The notes under the pieces are model-generated. The model had not been told where the DNA came from, did no database searches, and worked only from the letters and a program-made list of their open reading frames with translations. A DNA stretch of 40,562 nucleotides, taken from the sequence record OQ870568.1. One strand, written 5' to 3'. The first letter of the stretch is position 1; the number at the start of each line of letters is the position of its first letter. This document shows, piece by piece, positions 9,859 through 19,082 of this stretch. The position numbers and the translations under genes were made by a program. This DNA comes from Escherichia phage Zappy.

Positions 9859-12216
9859 TTAGACGGAACGAGCTTTCTTAGCGTATGACGCCTCCCAGCC
9901 GCACCCAACGATGGACACTGGGGTAGGATAGTCGGACTCTAAGGTTAGACTCGTGGTTAATGCGTTACCATTCATAGCGAAGCGATACTGCCCGTCTCCA
10001 ATGTTTGTAGTCCCAATGGTTTGCTGACCAATGGTGTACCCGTTGAAGGTATTCACGAACTCCCGCTCACCGTTTCTGACAATGAGTCTCAGAGCGCCAG
10101 TGTCCTTGTAGTTGACCCAAGCCCGACGAAGCTGTAGACGACCAGTGTCTTCAGACTGAGTACCACTATCATCTTCAATCTTAATCAGGAACCGTGAGAA
10201 CTTGTAGGACATCAGATAGGGCCGCCCGATGAACACTGTACGTCCTGACCAATCGCCGTTGAGGGTAATCACAGTAGAGATACTGGTTAATTCCCCAAGG
10301 TACAAATAAGCACCCTTACTGTCAATCAGATAGTACCGACCGGTAGACGGAGCGTTACCACCATAAGCAGCACCAATGTCAACCGTAGTCTTATATGTGT
10401 CAGCATTAAACGAGCCGATTGGGATGACCATAGACACCTTGGAGTCAACGTGGAGTCTATATGGCTCTGACGGAAAGTCAGTTGCCTCCTTGATGAACTT
10501 AAGGTGCTCAATGTCTACCCCTCCTTGATGCTGCCGAACGATGAACATGGTAGAGCCAATAGAAGCAGACGCCAGAATCTTATCATCTTTAGGGAACTCC
10601 CAGTGTGACCAAGAGGCTTGAAGCTGTACGCCGTCCTTAAACAAGAACTTGTAGATGTAGATACGGTTGTATGCACCTGTAGAGTTGACGCAGATGTAGT
10701 TCTCAGTCCCTGTACCTTGAATATCAAACACCCCGTTAGGGATGTAGGACAATACGTGACCGGTTGTATCATCAGCATCCTTCACATCAGACACATCAGC
10801 TACAGCGAAGTATCGCTTAATGCTGGTGAATGACCCACGAGGCGCTGAGAAGAAGACTGAGCGTCCTACAGCGAACGGTCTGGCATTATCTCCTAAGGCA
10901 AACTCTGAGCCTACATCAAGCTGGATAGACTTCGAGGTAAGGACCCCTGAGCTTGTCATCACGAACTGCACCTCATCTGACCAAAGTAGTAGCTGCTCGC
11001 TAAACGGAACGGCATACTTAAGGATTGAGATTCTAGGGTGACTTACAGCTACATCAATAGGGTCATCATCACTCAGTGTCGCCACACTCTTAGGGAAGAA
11101 CGAAAAGTAGCTGGCTGAACGGCTCATGATTACGTTCTCACCCGACAAGAACCCAAGTCTGTTCCTGTAGAAGAACACATCATTAATCGCAGCATCCACG
11201 AAGCTAGGCATAGGGTTTGTGTCATCGTTACCAGAACCACGCTTGGACCAATCCAGAGTCTTGAACTCAAAGGAGCCATCAGATTGTCGTACCAGAGCGT
11301 GTGGCATTGTGGTGTTATCGAACCCAGTGACAACTCCCGGCTCCACTGTCTCCTTCCACGTCTTAGTGTTGGAGTCATACATCACGTAGTATTCATCGGC
11401 GCTACTGTTTGTCTCACCTTGAATCTTAATGATATACCCATTAGGAGCAGCAAGAGGTAGTTTAGAGATTGTCTGCACAGTGTCTAGGACGGGGCTTATT
11501 AGCTGGTTAGCGTAGCCATCCTCCGTCTCCACTGAGTTAATATCGGTCCCTGAAGGAGCTGTGATTAGCAGGAATCCAGACCCAAGGTCAAACGTGAAGG
11601 TAGGGTAGGCAGTAACAAGAAGGTCTCTCAGAGCTGCACCAATGGCTTGAGCGTCCACCTTAGGCGGGTCATTCTCGGCATCATTACCTGCTGGTAGCTT
11701 ATGCGAGACCTTAACGCCACCGTTTATTCCCACCTTAAGGGTTCGACCATACTGTCCACCACGTAGGTTAATTAAAGCTCGTGCTTTGCGGTTATAACCA
11801 GAGTGTGACTTCTCGCTTCCACCTTTGACGACAACCTTACGGTTAACGACGAACGTATAGTCTGCCACGGTAACGACACGGATGTCATCTCGCGGGTTGG
11901 AGGACTTAACGTAGTCTACCGAACCTGACACTGAGTATTGATTACCACTCAAGTCAACTACCTGAATGTTTGACCCATTGAACACGATGTAATACTGCTC
12001 CTGCTCATCACGGTTAATCAGGTGGAACTTAGGGTTGCTTCCAACGTCGATGCTAAGACGTCGCTTGAAGACTGTAGGTGGACGCTTCTGGAGTCCATCA
12101 CTCTCGGATGACCAGCAGTTAACCTGTGCCTCGCCTTGGTCTGAGAACCTAAGTATATCAGGCTGTTGGCTAATACCACCTTTAAGGTTCTTGATTGATT
12201 GAGTAATAAGCGGCAT
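9859..12216 (-). CDS. 12: Tail tubular protein B (gp12), 785 aa
   Basis: ORF track; size (T7 gp12 is 794 aa) and synteny; start overlaps the gp11 stop. Confidence 0.9.
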   Translation of the reverse strand: MPLITQSIKNLKGGISQQPDILRFSDQGEAQVNCWSSESDGLQKRPPTVFKRRLSIDVGSNPKFHLINRDEQEQYYIVFNGSNIQVVDLSGNQYSVSGSVDYVKSSNPRDDIRVVTVADYTFVVNRKVVVKGGSEKSHSGYNRKARALINLRGGQYGRTLKVGINGGVKVSHKLPAGNDAENDPPKVDAQAIGAALRDLLVTAYPTFTFDLGSGFLLITAPSGTDINSVETEDGYANQLISPVLDTVQTISKLPLAAPNGYIIKIQGETNSSADEYYVMYDSNTKTWKETVEPGVVTGFDNTTMPHALVRQSDGSFEFKTLDWSKRGSGNDDTNPMPSFVDAAINDVFFYRNRLGFLSGENVIMSRSASYFSFFPKSVATLSDDDPIDVAVSHPRISILKYAVPFSEQLLLWSDEVQFVMTSSGVLTSKSIQLDVGSEFALGDNARPFAVGRSVFFSAPRGSFTSIKRYFAVADVSDVKDADDTTGHVLSYIPNGVFDIQGTGTENYICVNSTGAYNRIYIYKFLFKDGVQLQASWSHWEFPKDDKILASASIGSTMFIVRQHQGGVDIEHLKFIKEATDFPSEPYRLHVDSKVSMVIPIGSFNADTYKTTVDIGAAYGGNAPSTGRYYLIDSKGAYLYLGELTSISTVITLNGDWSGRTVFIGRPYLMSYKFSRFLIKIEDDSGTQSEDTGRLQLRRAWVNYKDTGALRLIVRNGEREFVNTFNGYTIGQQTIGTTNIGDGQYRFAMNGNALTTSLTLESDYPTPVSIVGCGWEASYAKKARSV

Positions 12217-12782
12217 TAGTCCCTCCCAATGTCGGACATCATGTTGTAGCGACCAGTATCCATCTCGTATTCCATGACCTGCTGATAGAGTTCTGCTTCC
12301 TGCTCACGAAGGTACAGTTCAGACTCTGGGCTACCGAAGAACTTAGCGTTGAACTCACGGCTAGCTTTAGTGACGATGTAGTCCCTGAAGACCACAGGCA
12401 TCTCGGAGAATGGCTTCATCTCCACAAGCTCTACCGTGATAGGGTCGGTGAAAGTGGTGGACTGAGTGGATAGGTCGTACAGGTATCCACCCATGTTGCT
12501 GTAGTAGCTGGTGGCCCCAGCGGTCATTACACGAAGGTATGACGGCAAGAATCGAATCCTGTTGTCTTGGACATCAGGTGTCAGGACAGCAGCTTCATTA
12601 ATGTTAAAGTTCCATCCTTTAGCTTGGACCTGACGATTGACACGATGCAGGATACGTTGAGCGTTCGATACGTCAGCGTTCCCCTCGTCAAGCTGTAGGA
12701 CTGCCGGTTCACCGATAGCAGCTAACATATCGTTGATGGCGTCTAAGTCATCGTTAGCATTCAGTGGAATGTACTGAGCCAT
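12216..12782 (-). CDS. 11: Tail tubular protein A (gp11), 188 aa
   Basis: ORF track; N-terminus (DAINDMLAAIGEPAV, ILHRVNRQVQAKGWNFNI) resembles T7 gp11; RBS AAGGAG. Confidence 0.85.
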   Translation of the reverse strand: MAQYIPLNANDDLDAINDMLAAIGEPAVLQLDEGNADVSNAQRILHRVNRQVQAKGWNFNINEAAVLTPDVQDNRIRFLPSYLRVMTAGATSYYSNMGGYLYDLSTQSTTFTDPITVELVEMKPFSEMPVVFRDYIVTKASREFNAKFFGSPESELYLREQEAELYQQVMEYEMDTGRYNMMSDIGRD

Positions 12783-12898
12783 AGGTTTACTCCTTAATGG
12801 TCATAGGGGCTAGACGGTGAGCTGGGCAGCAGGTACGCCCAGAATAAGACGAATAGTGCTAACCCTGTGTAAATAAGGAACATAGTCCCTCCTTAAGC

Positions 12899-12940
12899 AA
12901 AAAAAAACCCCTCAAGCACCCGAAGGCACCCAAGGGGTTT
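12899..12940 (-). terminator. Tphi-like terminator for the phage RNAP
   Basis: Minus-strand AAACCCCTTGGGTGCCTTCGGGTGCTTGAGGGG followed by nine T residues; closely resembles the T7 Tphi hairpin; located between capsid and gp11 as in T7. Confidence 0.75.
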
Positions 12941-12943
12941 CAA

Positions 12944-14118
12944 TTAGTTGTTGGACTCAGCCAGTTTAGCGGCCCTGTTCGCAGCACGAGTACGCGCAGC
13001 TTTCTGTTGAGGAGTTAGAGTCTCCTCTTCAGGTGCAGCCGCTACTGTAGCGACGTTAGGTTGGCTAAAGGTGCTTACGCCGCTGCTGTGAAAACAAGTG
13101 CGCCTGCCGCTTCTGGACGCAGACCACCGTGGCCCATCGCGTACTTACCGACAATCAGATCGCCCTGAGCATCGACGTCGCGGTCACGTTCCAGCGCCAA
13201 GTCACGCAGCTTAACAGTACCCACAGCAGAGCGGTGAGAGAACAGGCCCACAACGTTGTCCAGAGCAACCTTAACGGTGGAGCTAGAGGTAGCCGGGAAG
13301 ACGTGTTTCTGACCAGACGCAATGGAGATACCATCATCACCACGAGTTTCGCCAGCACCACCCTGAGTCAGGTGTGGAACTTCAACAACCACGAAGCCCA
13401 TTACGTTACGGATGTTGCCCGTCTCAGGGTCAATCAGCGCAGCGTAGTTAGCGGCGTTCGGCATCAGAGCAGCCAGAATCGCAGAGTAGTTGTCAGGCGT
13501 GGTGTAGAAGTAACGGTCGCCAGCAGGTACGTAGTTGGAGGTAAGCTTCGCACGAGCGATGGTCAGTTGACCAATGATTGCTTCACCAAGCTTAGCCGGA
13601 GTGTTCAGGTTGGCTTTCTTACCAACTTCCAGTACGGACGCTTTGCCCAGACCAGCGATGTTCTCATCCGATGCATCCGGTAGGTTACACAGGATAGCCA
13701 TCTCAGCCAGTACAGCACCATCGGCAGCGATAGCCAGAGCTTCGCCCAACTGGTTGGAGTACTCGCCAGCCACGTCATAGTGGTTCATCGCGTCTTCAAT
13801 GTCGAAAATCATCACATCGGCAGTCAGCAGACCATCAATGGTAATCACTTTCTCGGTATGTTTGATACCTTTACGCTTATCGGACAGTCGCTCACCCGGA
13901 GCCAGATACACACCAGAGGTGCGACCCATGACCGGGAACTGAGCAGACTTACCGTTCTGAATGGTACGGACAATATGCTTGTCAGCAGTTACAGAGCGGC
14001 GAGTGAATGCTGTCAGGACTTCACCAGCAAAGACCTTCAGGAACAACGCCAGAGCGTCGGAACCAGATTTGCCTTTACCTTGATCTGTACCAACTTTCTG
14101 ACCCGTAACGTTTGCCAT
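12944..14118 (-). CDS. 10B: Minor capsid protein 10B, made by a programmed -1 frameshift near 13090-13096 (putative)
   Basis: The -1 frame is open from the 10A C-terminus for about 50 further codons (HSSGVSTFSQPNVATVAAAPEEETLTPQQKAARTRAANRAAKLAESNN) and stops just before the Tphi-like hairpin. Candidate slip site TGTTTTC sits where T7 has GGTTTTC. Confidence 0.45.
13075..14118 (-). CDS. 10A: Major capsid protein 10A, 347 aa
   Basis: ORF track; size (T7 10A is 345 aa); preceded by a phi10-like promoter and a T7-like RBS. Confidence 0.95.
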   Translation of the reverse strand: MANVTGQKVGTDQGKGKSGSDALALFLKVFAGEVLTAFTRRSVTADKHIVRTIQNGKSAQFPVMGRTSGVYLAPGERLSDKRKGIKHTEKVITIDGLLTADVMIFDIEDAMNHYDVAGEYSNQLGEALAIAADGAVLAEMAILCNLPDASDENIAGLGKASVLEVGKKANLNTPAKLGEAIIGQLTIARAKLTSNYVPAGDRYFYTTPDNYSAILAALMPNAANYAALIDPETGNIRNVMGFVVVEVPHLTQGGAGETRGDDGISIASGQKHVFPATSSSTVKVALDNVVGLFSHRSAVGTVKLRDLALERDRDVDAQGDLIVGKYAMGHGGLRPEAAGALVFTAAA

Positions 14119-14222
14119 ATGATAATTCTCCTATTCAATTGAAAGATAAAGTTTATTACTTACTGTATGCCCAATCCGTATGGACTGAAGTAATAGGGGG
14201 AAACCTTGAGTCTATCTCTTGG

Positions 14223-14245
14223 TCTCCCTATAGTGATAGTTTAGT
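14223..14245 (-). promoter_or_regulatory. Phage RNAP promoter (phi10-like), ACTAAACTATCACTATAGGGAGA
   Basis: Positions -7 to +6 identical to the T7 consensus; immediately after the scaffold stop and upstream of the capsid gene. Confidence 0.8.
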
Positions 14246-14246
14246 C

Positions 14247-15131
14247 CTACAGGCTTGAGGCAGCTACCTTAGCGCGAACTTCCATAGTGTACTTAGCGTC
14301 ACGCAGATATCGCGGGTCACTCATAGCCTTAATCATGTCAGCCTTGGAGCTGAATGCTTCGGTCTGTGGAGCCTTAGGTGCGACCACAGGTTTAGCCTGA
14401 GTGGTGATGGTACGCTGAGGTTTAACACCCACAGCTTTACCCAGAGTCTTGCCAGCCAGATTCAGCAGAGCTTTGGTAGTCGCAATGTCCTTACGAACGA
14501 TGGCAGCTTCCAATGCTTCACGAGTTGATGGGTCGTTGGACTCAAGGTGTGACAGGATGCGATTAAACTGTTCAGCACCACCAGCGTAGCGAACCACACC
14601 AGCGGCATACTGTTCAGCCAGAGCTTCCTGACCACGGACAAACGAATCTACGAAGCGCTTGGTGTAACCTGCTTCCTGTAACTTAGCGTAGGATGCGTCA
14701 GACAGCTTACCTTCCTTGGCGTATTCAGCCTTGATAGCGGTAATTTCATCAGCAGTGACCTTGCCGGCTTCTACAGCAGAAGACACCATGTCATCAAATG
14801 CAGCTTCGTTTTCATCCAGAGCGTTGACACTTTCGGTCAGCTCTTTCGGTGCATCACCAAGTTCGATGAACTCAGGCTGCTCACCATCGGTCTCAGACTC
14901 TTCATCATCAGACTCGTGGTCTTCTTCACCTTCAGTCTCTTCGACGTTTTCGTCTTCTTCGGTCGCATCTTCGTTTTCGGCTTCCAGTTGCTTGAAGGTA
15001 ATAGCGTCATCGCCATCGCGAACAGCTACGTCCTGTTCAAGCATAGACTTCTGGTGTTCGTTCAGGTCCTCAACGGAACCAGTGATTGCATTAGAGCTAA
15101 CGCCGAACTCGGCATAAACTGATTGAGACAT
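14247..15131 (-). CDS. 9: Capsid assembly scaffolding protein (gp9), 294 aa, highly acidic
   Basis: ORF track; acidic composition and position between portal and capsid genes. Confidence 0.85.
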   Translation of the reverse strand: MSQSVYAEFGVSSNAITGSVEDLNEHQKSMLEQDVAVRDGDDAITFKQLEAENEDATEEDENVEETEGEEDHESDDEESETDGEQPEFIELGDAPKELTESVNALDENEAAFDDMVSSAVEAGKVTADEITAIKAEYAKEGKLSDASYAKLQEAGYTKRFVDSFVRGQEALAEQYAAGVVRYAGGAEQFNRILSHLESNDPSTREALEAAIVRKDIATTKALLNLAGKTLGKAVGVKPQRTITTQAKPVVAPKAPQTEAFSSKADMIKAMSDPRYLRDAKYTMEVRAKVAASSL

Positions 15132-15209
15132 TGAGTCATTCTCCTTTAAGTTGATGATAGGAACCGACCGGGAGTCTCACCCGGCCTAATGCTTTGTGAA
15201 TCTTGTCTA

Positions 15210-15232
15210 AGTTCCTATAGTGATAGTTTAGG
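15210..15232 (-). promoter_or_regulatory. Phage RNAP promoter (phi9-like), CCTAAACTATCACTATAGGAACT
   Basis: Motif match; overlaps the portal stop codon, upstream of the scaffold gene. Confidence 0.7.
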
Positions 15233-16796
15233 CTTGAGCCATGTCCTCACCAGCTCCCTGACCTACAGCAGCACCCATGTTAGCACCAGCAGCAGACGCA
15301 CCGTTGACCACAGCTCCTTGAGCGGATTGTTCAGCAATACGTTGCATCTTCTCGTCCTGAGTCAGCAGAAGGCCAGCGGTGTCGATACCCAGAGCGTTCA
15401 GGAGTCGTAGCTTAAGGGTCGGCAAGTTGATGTCCGGGTCCTGAGATAGCGGCTGAAGACCAGTCATCATGTTAACCGCCTGAGTTAGCTTCTCCAAGTC
15501 CTGACCACGACCTAACGCTTCAAGACCAGTGGAGACAGTAGGCTCTACCGCTTCTTTCGGAAGGTCAGGAATCATGCCAGCAGACTGAAGTTGGTTCATC
15601 AGCACACGGACGATAGGTAACTGAAGCTCTTGTGATTGTACTGAGTACACGCCACCTAAGGTCGCCTCCAGTTCGCCAGCAACATAACGAATCTCTTCAG
15701 CAGTGACTCGCTCGGCGTTGCGCTGAACAGCACTATTAAGAAGGAAGGCCCAGCCTAAACGTTGCTCGATAGCGTCAGCCACCGACTTGGCAATCGTAAA
15801 GTCCTGACCCTTAGTCAGTTGCAGGAAGTTGATGTCCTCAACGCGACCGGCAACGAACTCACCTGTAGCCGCCTTGTTCAGACGACGAGGTTGCGTGATA
15901 CCGTTCGGGTTAACGAGGCCCACCACCTTGGAGGCTACCTTAGCCATTTTGGTGATAGCTTCTGTAATCGTCTCCAGCGAGTTCAGGTCACCCAGATACT
16001 CCTCGCAGTAAGAACGACCATAGTCTTCACCATCCAGTCGAACCATTCGTACCGGGATGTATGGACATGCAGTCAGTGGGTAGGAACCATCGGTCCCTGC
16101 TACCTCAATTCCTTCCACTTCCTCATAACGTAGATACTCGTCGTCTTGACGGTAGATGTGCGTATATACTTCCAGCTCTGTGTCAGGCTCATAGTCGTCT
16201 GCGTTGAGTTGTGACTTCACGTCTTCCGGTAGAGCACTAAACGCTACCTTGTCGAGAGTCACAATCTGCAAGATATTACCGAAAGCATCACGTTGAACAA
16301 CGTATGACACTAAGCGGTACATTCGCATAGGACTGTAAGTACCCTGTTCAGGCTCTGGAATGTAAAGCAGACAGTTACCGGAGACGATAAGCTGCTTCAG
16401 AGCTTCGAACAATGGCACACGGAAACTGTTGGTCTCCATGTAGGCCATCAACACACGCTCGACCATAGCCAGCCCTTCGTCAACACGAGCAGCTGCCTCT
16501 GAGTCCTGACTCAAGGTCTTGGCCTCATATTCGGAGACTGTCAGTCGCATCCACGGTGACTGAGGGAATAATGCCAACATCAGCTTTGCAGCCAAGTTGT
16601 TCAAACAGCGAGCACCTACAGCTTGCCACGGAGTTGTGTACTCAGTAGACGAGTTGTCGGACTCCTTAGGAAACAGTGACGGGATAGTGACAGCAGCACA
16701 GTTCTGAGCGCGTGTCTCATATGGCTGTCTACCGTTCTTCAGTCGGTCATAGACCGCTTTGGCTCCTTCAGCAGCGAACCCTTCACGTTCAGCCAT
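15228..16796 (-). CDS. 8: Head-to-tail connector (portal) protein gp8, 522 aa
   Basis: ORF track; size (T7 gp8 is 536 aa) and synteny; RBS AAGGAGGTG. Confidence 0.9.
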   Translation of the reverse strand: MAEREGFAAEGAKAVYDRLKNGRQPYETRAQNCAAVTIPSLFPKESDNSSTEYTTPWQAVGARCLNNLAAKLMLALFPQSPWMRLTVSEYEAKTLSQDSEAAARVDEGLAMVERVLMAYMETNSFRVPLFEALKQLIVSGNCLLYIPEPEQGTYSPMRMYRLVSYVVQRDAFGNILQIVTLDKVAFSALPEDVKSQLNADDYEPDTELEVYTHIYRQDDEYLRYEEVEGIEVAGTDGSYPLTACPYIPVRMVRLDGEDYGRSYCEEYLGDLNSLETITEAITKMAKVASKVVGLVNPNGITQPRRLNKAATGEFVAGRVEDINFLQLTKGQDFTIAKSVADAIEQRLGWAFLLNSAVQRNAERVTAEEIRYVAGELEATLGGVYSVQSQELQLPIVRVLMNQLQSAGMIPDLPKEAVEPTVSTGLEALGRGQDLEKLTQAVNMMTGLQPLSQDPDINLPTLKLRLLNALGIDTAGLLLTQDEKMQRIAEQSAQGAVVNGASAAGANMGAAVGQGAGEDMAQA

Positions 16797-16807
16797 TCGT
16801 CACCTCC

Positions 16808-17056
16808 TTAAATAGAAATACCGCCACCAGAGGTGCGAGAGACCTGAAGGCTACGCTTACCGGAACGCTTTACTTTCTTCTCATCAGATGCAGTCGCTTC
16901 GGTATCCACATCCTCCACTTTGTCGTTCGGTACTTCCACTGGTGCTGCTGGGGTCTTAGCCTCAACAACCTTAGGCGCGTCATCAGAGCCAAGACCAACG
17001 GTCCCTAACGTACTTTTCACCACTTTCTTGAAGGCCTTACTGATTGATTTACCCAC
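16808..17056 (-). CDS. 7.3: gp7.3-like tail/host-range protein, 82 aa (GTG start)
   Basis: ORF track; lysine-rich N-terminus and C-terminal SRTSGGGISI resemble T7 gp7.3; GTG start with AAGGAG 7 nt upstream. Confidence 0.7.
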   Translation of the reverse strand: MGKSISKAFKKVVKSTLGTVGLGSDDAPKVVEAKTPAAPVEVPNDKVEDVDTEATASDEKKVKRSGKRSLQVSRTSGGGISI

Positions 17057-17453
17057 GATTAATCTCCTTAGTTGTTACGATGTCTACCGACCCGGAAACA
17101 TGCTTGACACGAGAATACCAGCCAAGACCCCAACGCTTGCACTCTTCGTCTATGATGTGTCTGACAGTCTCAAGAACCTTGCGGGAGGACTGCGAGTCAC
17201 GACGAATAGCGACTATTGAAAGGTCAAGACCGGGAGTCGGTCGGTGCCAAGATGCGGTAGCCAGCATGTAGAGATACGCTACTGGTTGACCTGAGACATC
17301 GTAGATTGTGTACTCTTCACCATCGAACTCGTCAGCCATACGGTAAGTATGAGCCTTGAAGTCCTCTAATGACTTGAAGTTAGACTGCCCGTCTTCCCAG
17401 AGGCGACAGGCGCACATGTGGCGACCTTCGCGTGAGTTGAGATATGGTAACAT
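17049..17453 (-). CDS. gp7-like protein, 134 aa (start uncertain; alternative ATG at 17417)
   Basis: ORF track; size and position as T7 gene 7 (133 aa). No sequence-level recognition. Confidence 0.55.
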   Translation of the reverse strand: MLPYLNSREGRHMCACRLWEDGQSNFKSLEDFKAHTYRMADEFDGEEYTIYDVSGQPVAYLYMLATASWHRPTPGLDLSIVAIRRDSQSSRKVLETVRHIIDEECKRWGLGWYSRVKHVSGSVDIVTTKEINRG

Positions 17454-17457
17454 TGTC

Positions 17458-17682
17458 TTACCCCATGTTTACGCCAGAGGCTCGCATAGCGCGGCTCACT
17501 GACGATTTATCTTTAGGTGCAGACTCCTTCTTGACCTTAAGGTCTTTGATACCTTTGGTCTCGTTGGTGTCAACATCCGATTCAGCCCCGATGTCAACTG
17601 ACGCAACTTCCTCACTCAGAGGTGCTGGTTCAGGTGCTTGGACCGAAGGCTTCGGAGTGCTAATCTTTGGACTGAAACACAT
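17458..17682 (-). CDS. 6.7: gp6.7-like virion protein, 74 aa
   Basis: ORF track; N-terminus MCFSPKI..PK...APEPAPL resembles T7 gp6.7; RBS GGAGG. Confidence 0.75.
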   Translation of the reverse strand: MCFSPKISTPKPSVQAPEPAPLSEEVASVDIGAESDVDTNETKGIKDLKVKKESAPKDKSSVSRAMRASGVNMG

Positions 17683-17696
17683 AGTCCCTCCTACAG

Positions 17697-17969
17697 TTAA
17701 TCGAACTGAACGGTATCTTTCAGCTCACGACGCATAGCAATCGCAGAGTCGAGAGTGTCAGAACAATACTGGAGACCCTTGATGAACCCGGCAATGAACG
17801 CATCGCTGTAGCCTTGCTGCTTGAGGAGACTGATAACTCCCATCTTCTCAGCATAGCTTGCGTTGAACAATACGTGCAGGAACTGGATAGCAGACTGGGA
17901 GATATTAGGGACATCAAGTCTTTCTTCCTGTAACTGCTTAACAACGTTTTCAATAGCATTAAGAGCCAT
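17697..17969 (-). CDS. gp6.5-like protein, 90 aa
   Basis: ORF track; first gene downstream of a phi6.5-like promoter, size close to T7 gp6.5. Confidence 0.55.
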   Translation of the reverse strand: MALNAIENVVKQLQEERLDVPNISQSAIQFLHVLFNASYAEKMGVISLLKQQGYSDAFIAGFIKGLQYCSDTLDSAIAMRRELKDTVQFD

Positions 17970-18030
17970 CTTGAATCTCCTCTTTAAGTTAAGACTAAAG
18001 TCTATCTTATAGTCATATCTTAGGTCCTAA

Positions 18031-18053
18031 AGTCCCTATAGTGATAGTTTAGT
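18031..18053 (-). promoter_or_regulatory. Phage RNAP promoter (phi6.5-like), ACTAAACTATCACTATAGGGACT
   Basis: Motif match; intergenic between exonuclease and the gp6.5-like gene. Confidence 0.75.
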
Positions 18054-18179
18054 GTTTCACCTATGGATGACTGTTGGATTGATAGGATATGACTATCGGT
18101 TAGACTCAGTGTTTAGGGCGGTTGTTCGACCCGAACCACTTGTACATGCAGTAAAGGGCCAGAAGTCCGGCCCAGTATA

Positions 18180-19082
18180 TTACATGGATGGTGTCCACAG
18201 GATGACCTCCTTGGACTTAGGGTCATAGTCAGAGGCTCGACAAATACGAGCGACCTGAGCTTGTACCAGAAGTTCCTCCTCGGTCATTCCAGCCTTAGCA
18301 GCCAGTGTAACCATGCAGTCCCACAGCGTCATGTCTTCACGCTTCGGATACTTCTTCCACTCAGTCTTAATCTGGCCTTTGTTCTTACCAGTCTTAAGCT
18401 CGCGGCTCTCCTGCACGAAGTAATACGGTTCGTCAAGGAATTCACGAGTGGTGTCCTCACCCATCCCAGGAATACCGCCGTAGCCATCTGTAGTGTCACC
18501 CTTGATGGTCTGCTCCATGTGCCAGTAGTCTGCCTCGGAAGTCGTATGACTCAGGATTTCACCAGTGGTTAACCAGAAGAACTCACAGTTCGGGATGGTC
18601 TTGAAGTCCTTATCGCAGGACACCAGCACCGCATGGTCGCATCCGACAATCTGAGGTCTGGTCCCGATGATACCCATACAATCATCACCCTCAAGCGTTG
18701 GACGCAGGAAGCTGTTGAACCGTGGGTCAGCCATCACTTCGGCTACGAACTTCTTGTAACCTACAGGCTTGCGAGAACCATTACGGTTAGCCTTATAGGT
18801 AGGTAAAACGTCCTTACGCCAGTTGTTATCATCAGTAAAGCACATCACAATCTTAGCGTCTTTCCACGCCTTGCGCTTCTTAACGATTTCAGCGATGGTG
18901 TTCTCAAGGATACGACGAGCCTTCTCGTGGTCGCAGATAAGGGTCCAGATGTCATCACCCCAGTCTGTCTCTTCCTCGGCAGCAGCCATAGAAGAGAATA
19001 CTAGGTAATCGCCATCAAGAACAAGAGCTATCTTCTTCTCAGCACCCATCGTCCAGACCTCCTGTAGCCATAGCGACTGCAT
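18180..19082 (-). CDS. 6: 5'-3' exonuclease gp6, 300 aa (alternative start ATG 19049 has a better RBS)
   Basis: ORF track; VLDGDYLVF, DKDFKTIPNCEF, WDCMVTLAAKAGMTEEEL resemble T7 gp6; same length as T7 gp6. Confidence 0.9.
   Translation of the reverse strand: MQSLWLQEVWTMGAEKKIALVLDGDYLVFSSMAAAEEETDWGDDIWTLICDHEKARRILENTIAEIVKKRKAWKDAKIVMCFTDDNNWRKDVLPTYKANRNGSRKPVGYKKFVAEVMADPRFNSFLRPTLEGDDCMGIIGTRPQIVGCDHAVLVSCDKDFKTIPNCEFFWLTTGEILSHTTSEADYWHMEQTIKGDTTDGYGGIPGMGEDTTREFLDEPYYFVQESRELKTGKNKGQIKTEWKKYPKREDMTLWDCMVTLAAKAGMTEEELLVQAQVARICRASDYDPKSKEVILWTPSM

Noticed and set aside
13129-13683. Plus-strand ORF of 184 aa (and neighbours at 13574-14142)
   Set aside because: Antisense to the major capsid gene; every convincing gene and promoter in this genome is on the minus strand.
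18140-18180. GC-rich hairpin (GGGCCGGACTTCTGGCCC) just after the exonuclease stop, considered as a terminator or RNase III site
   Set aside because: Short stem without a clear U-tract and without the conserved flanks of the other hairpin family.
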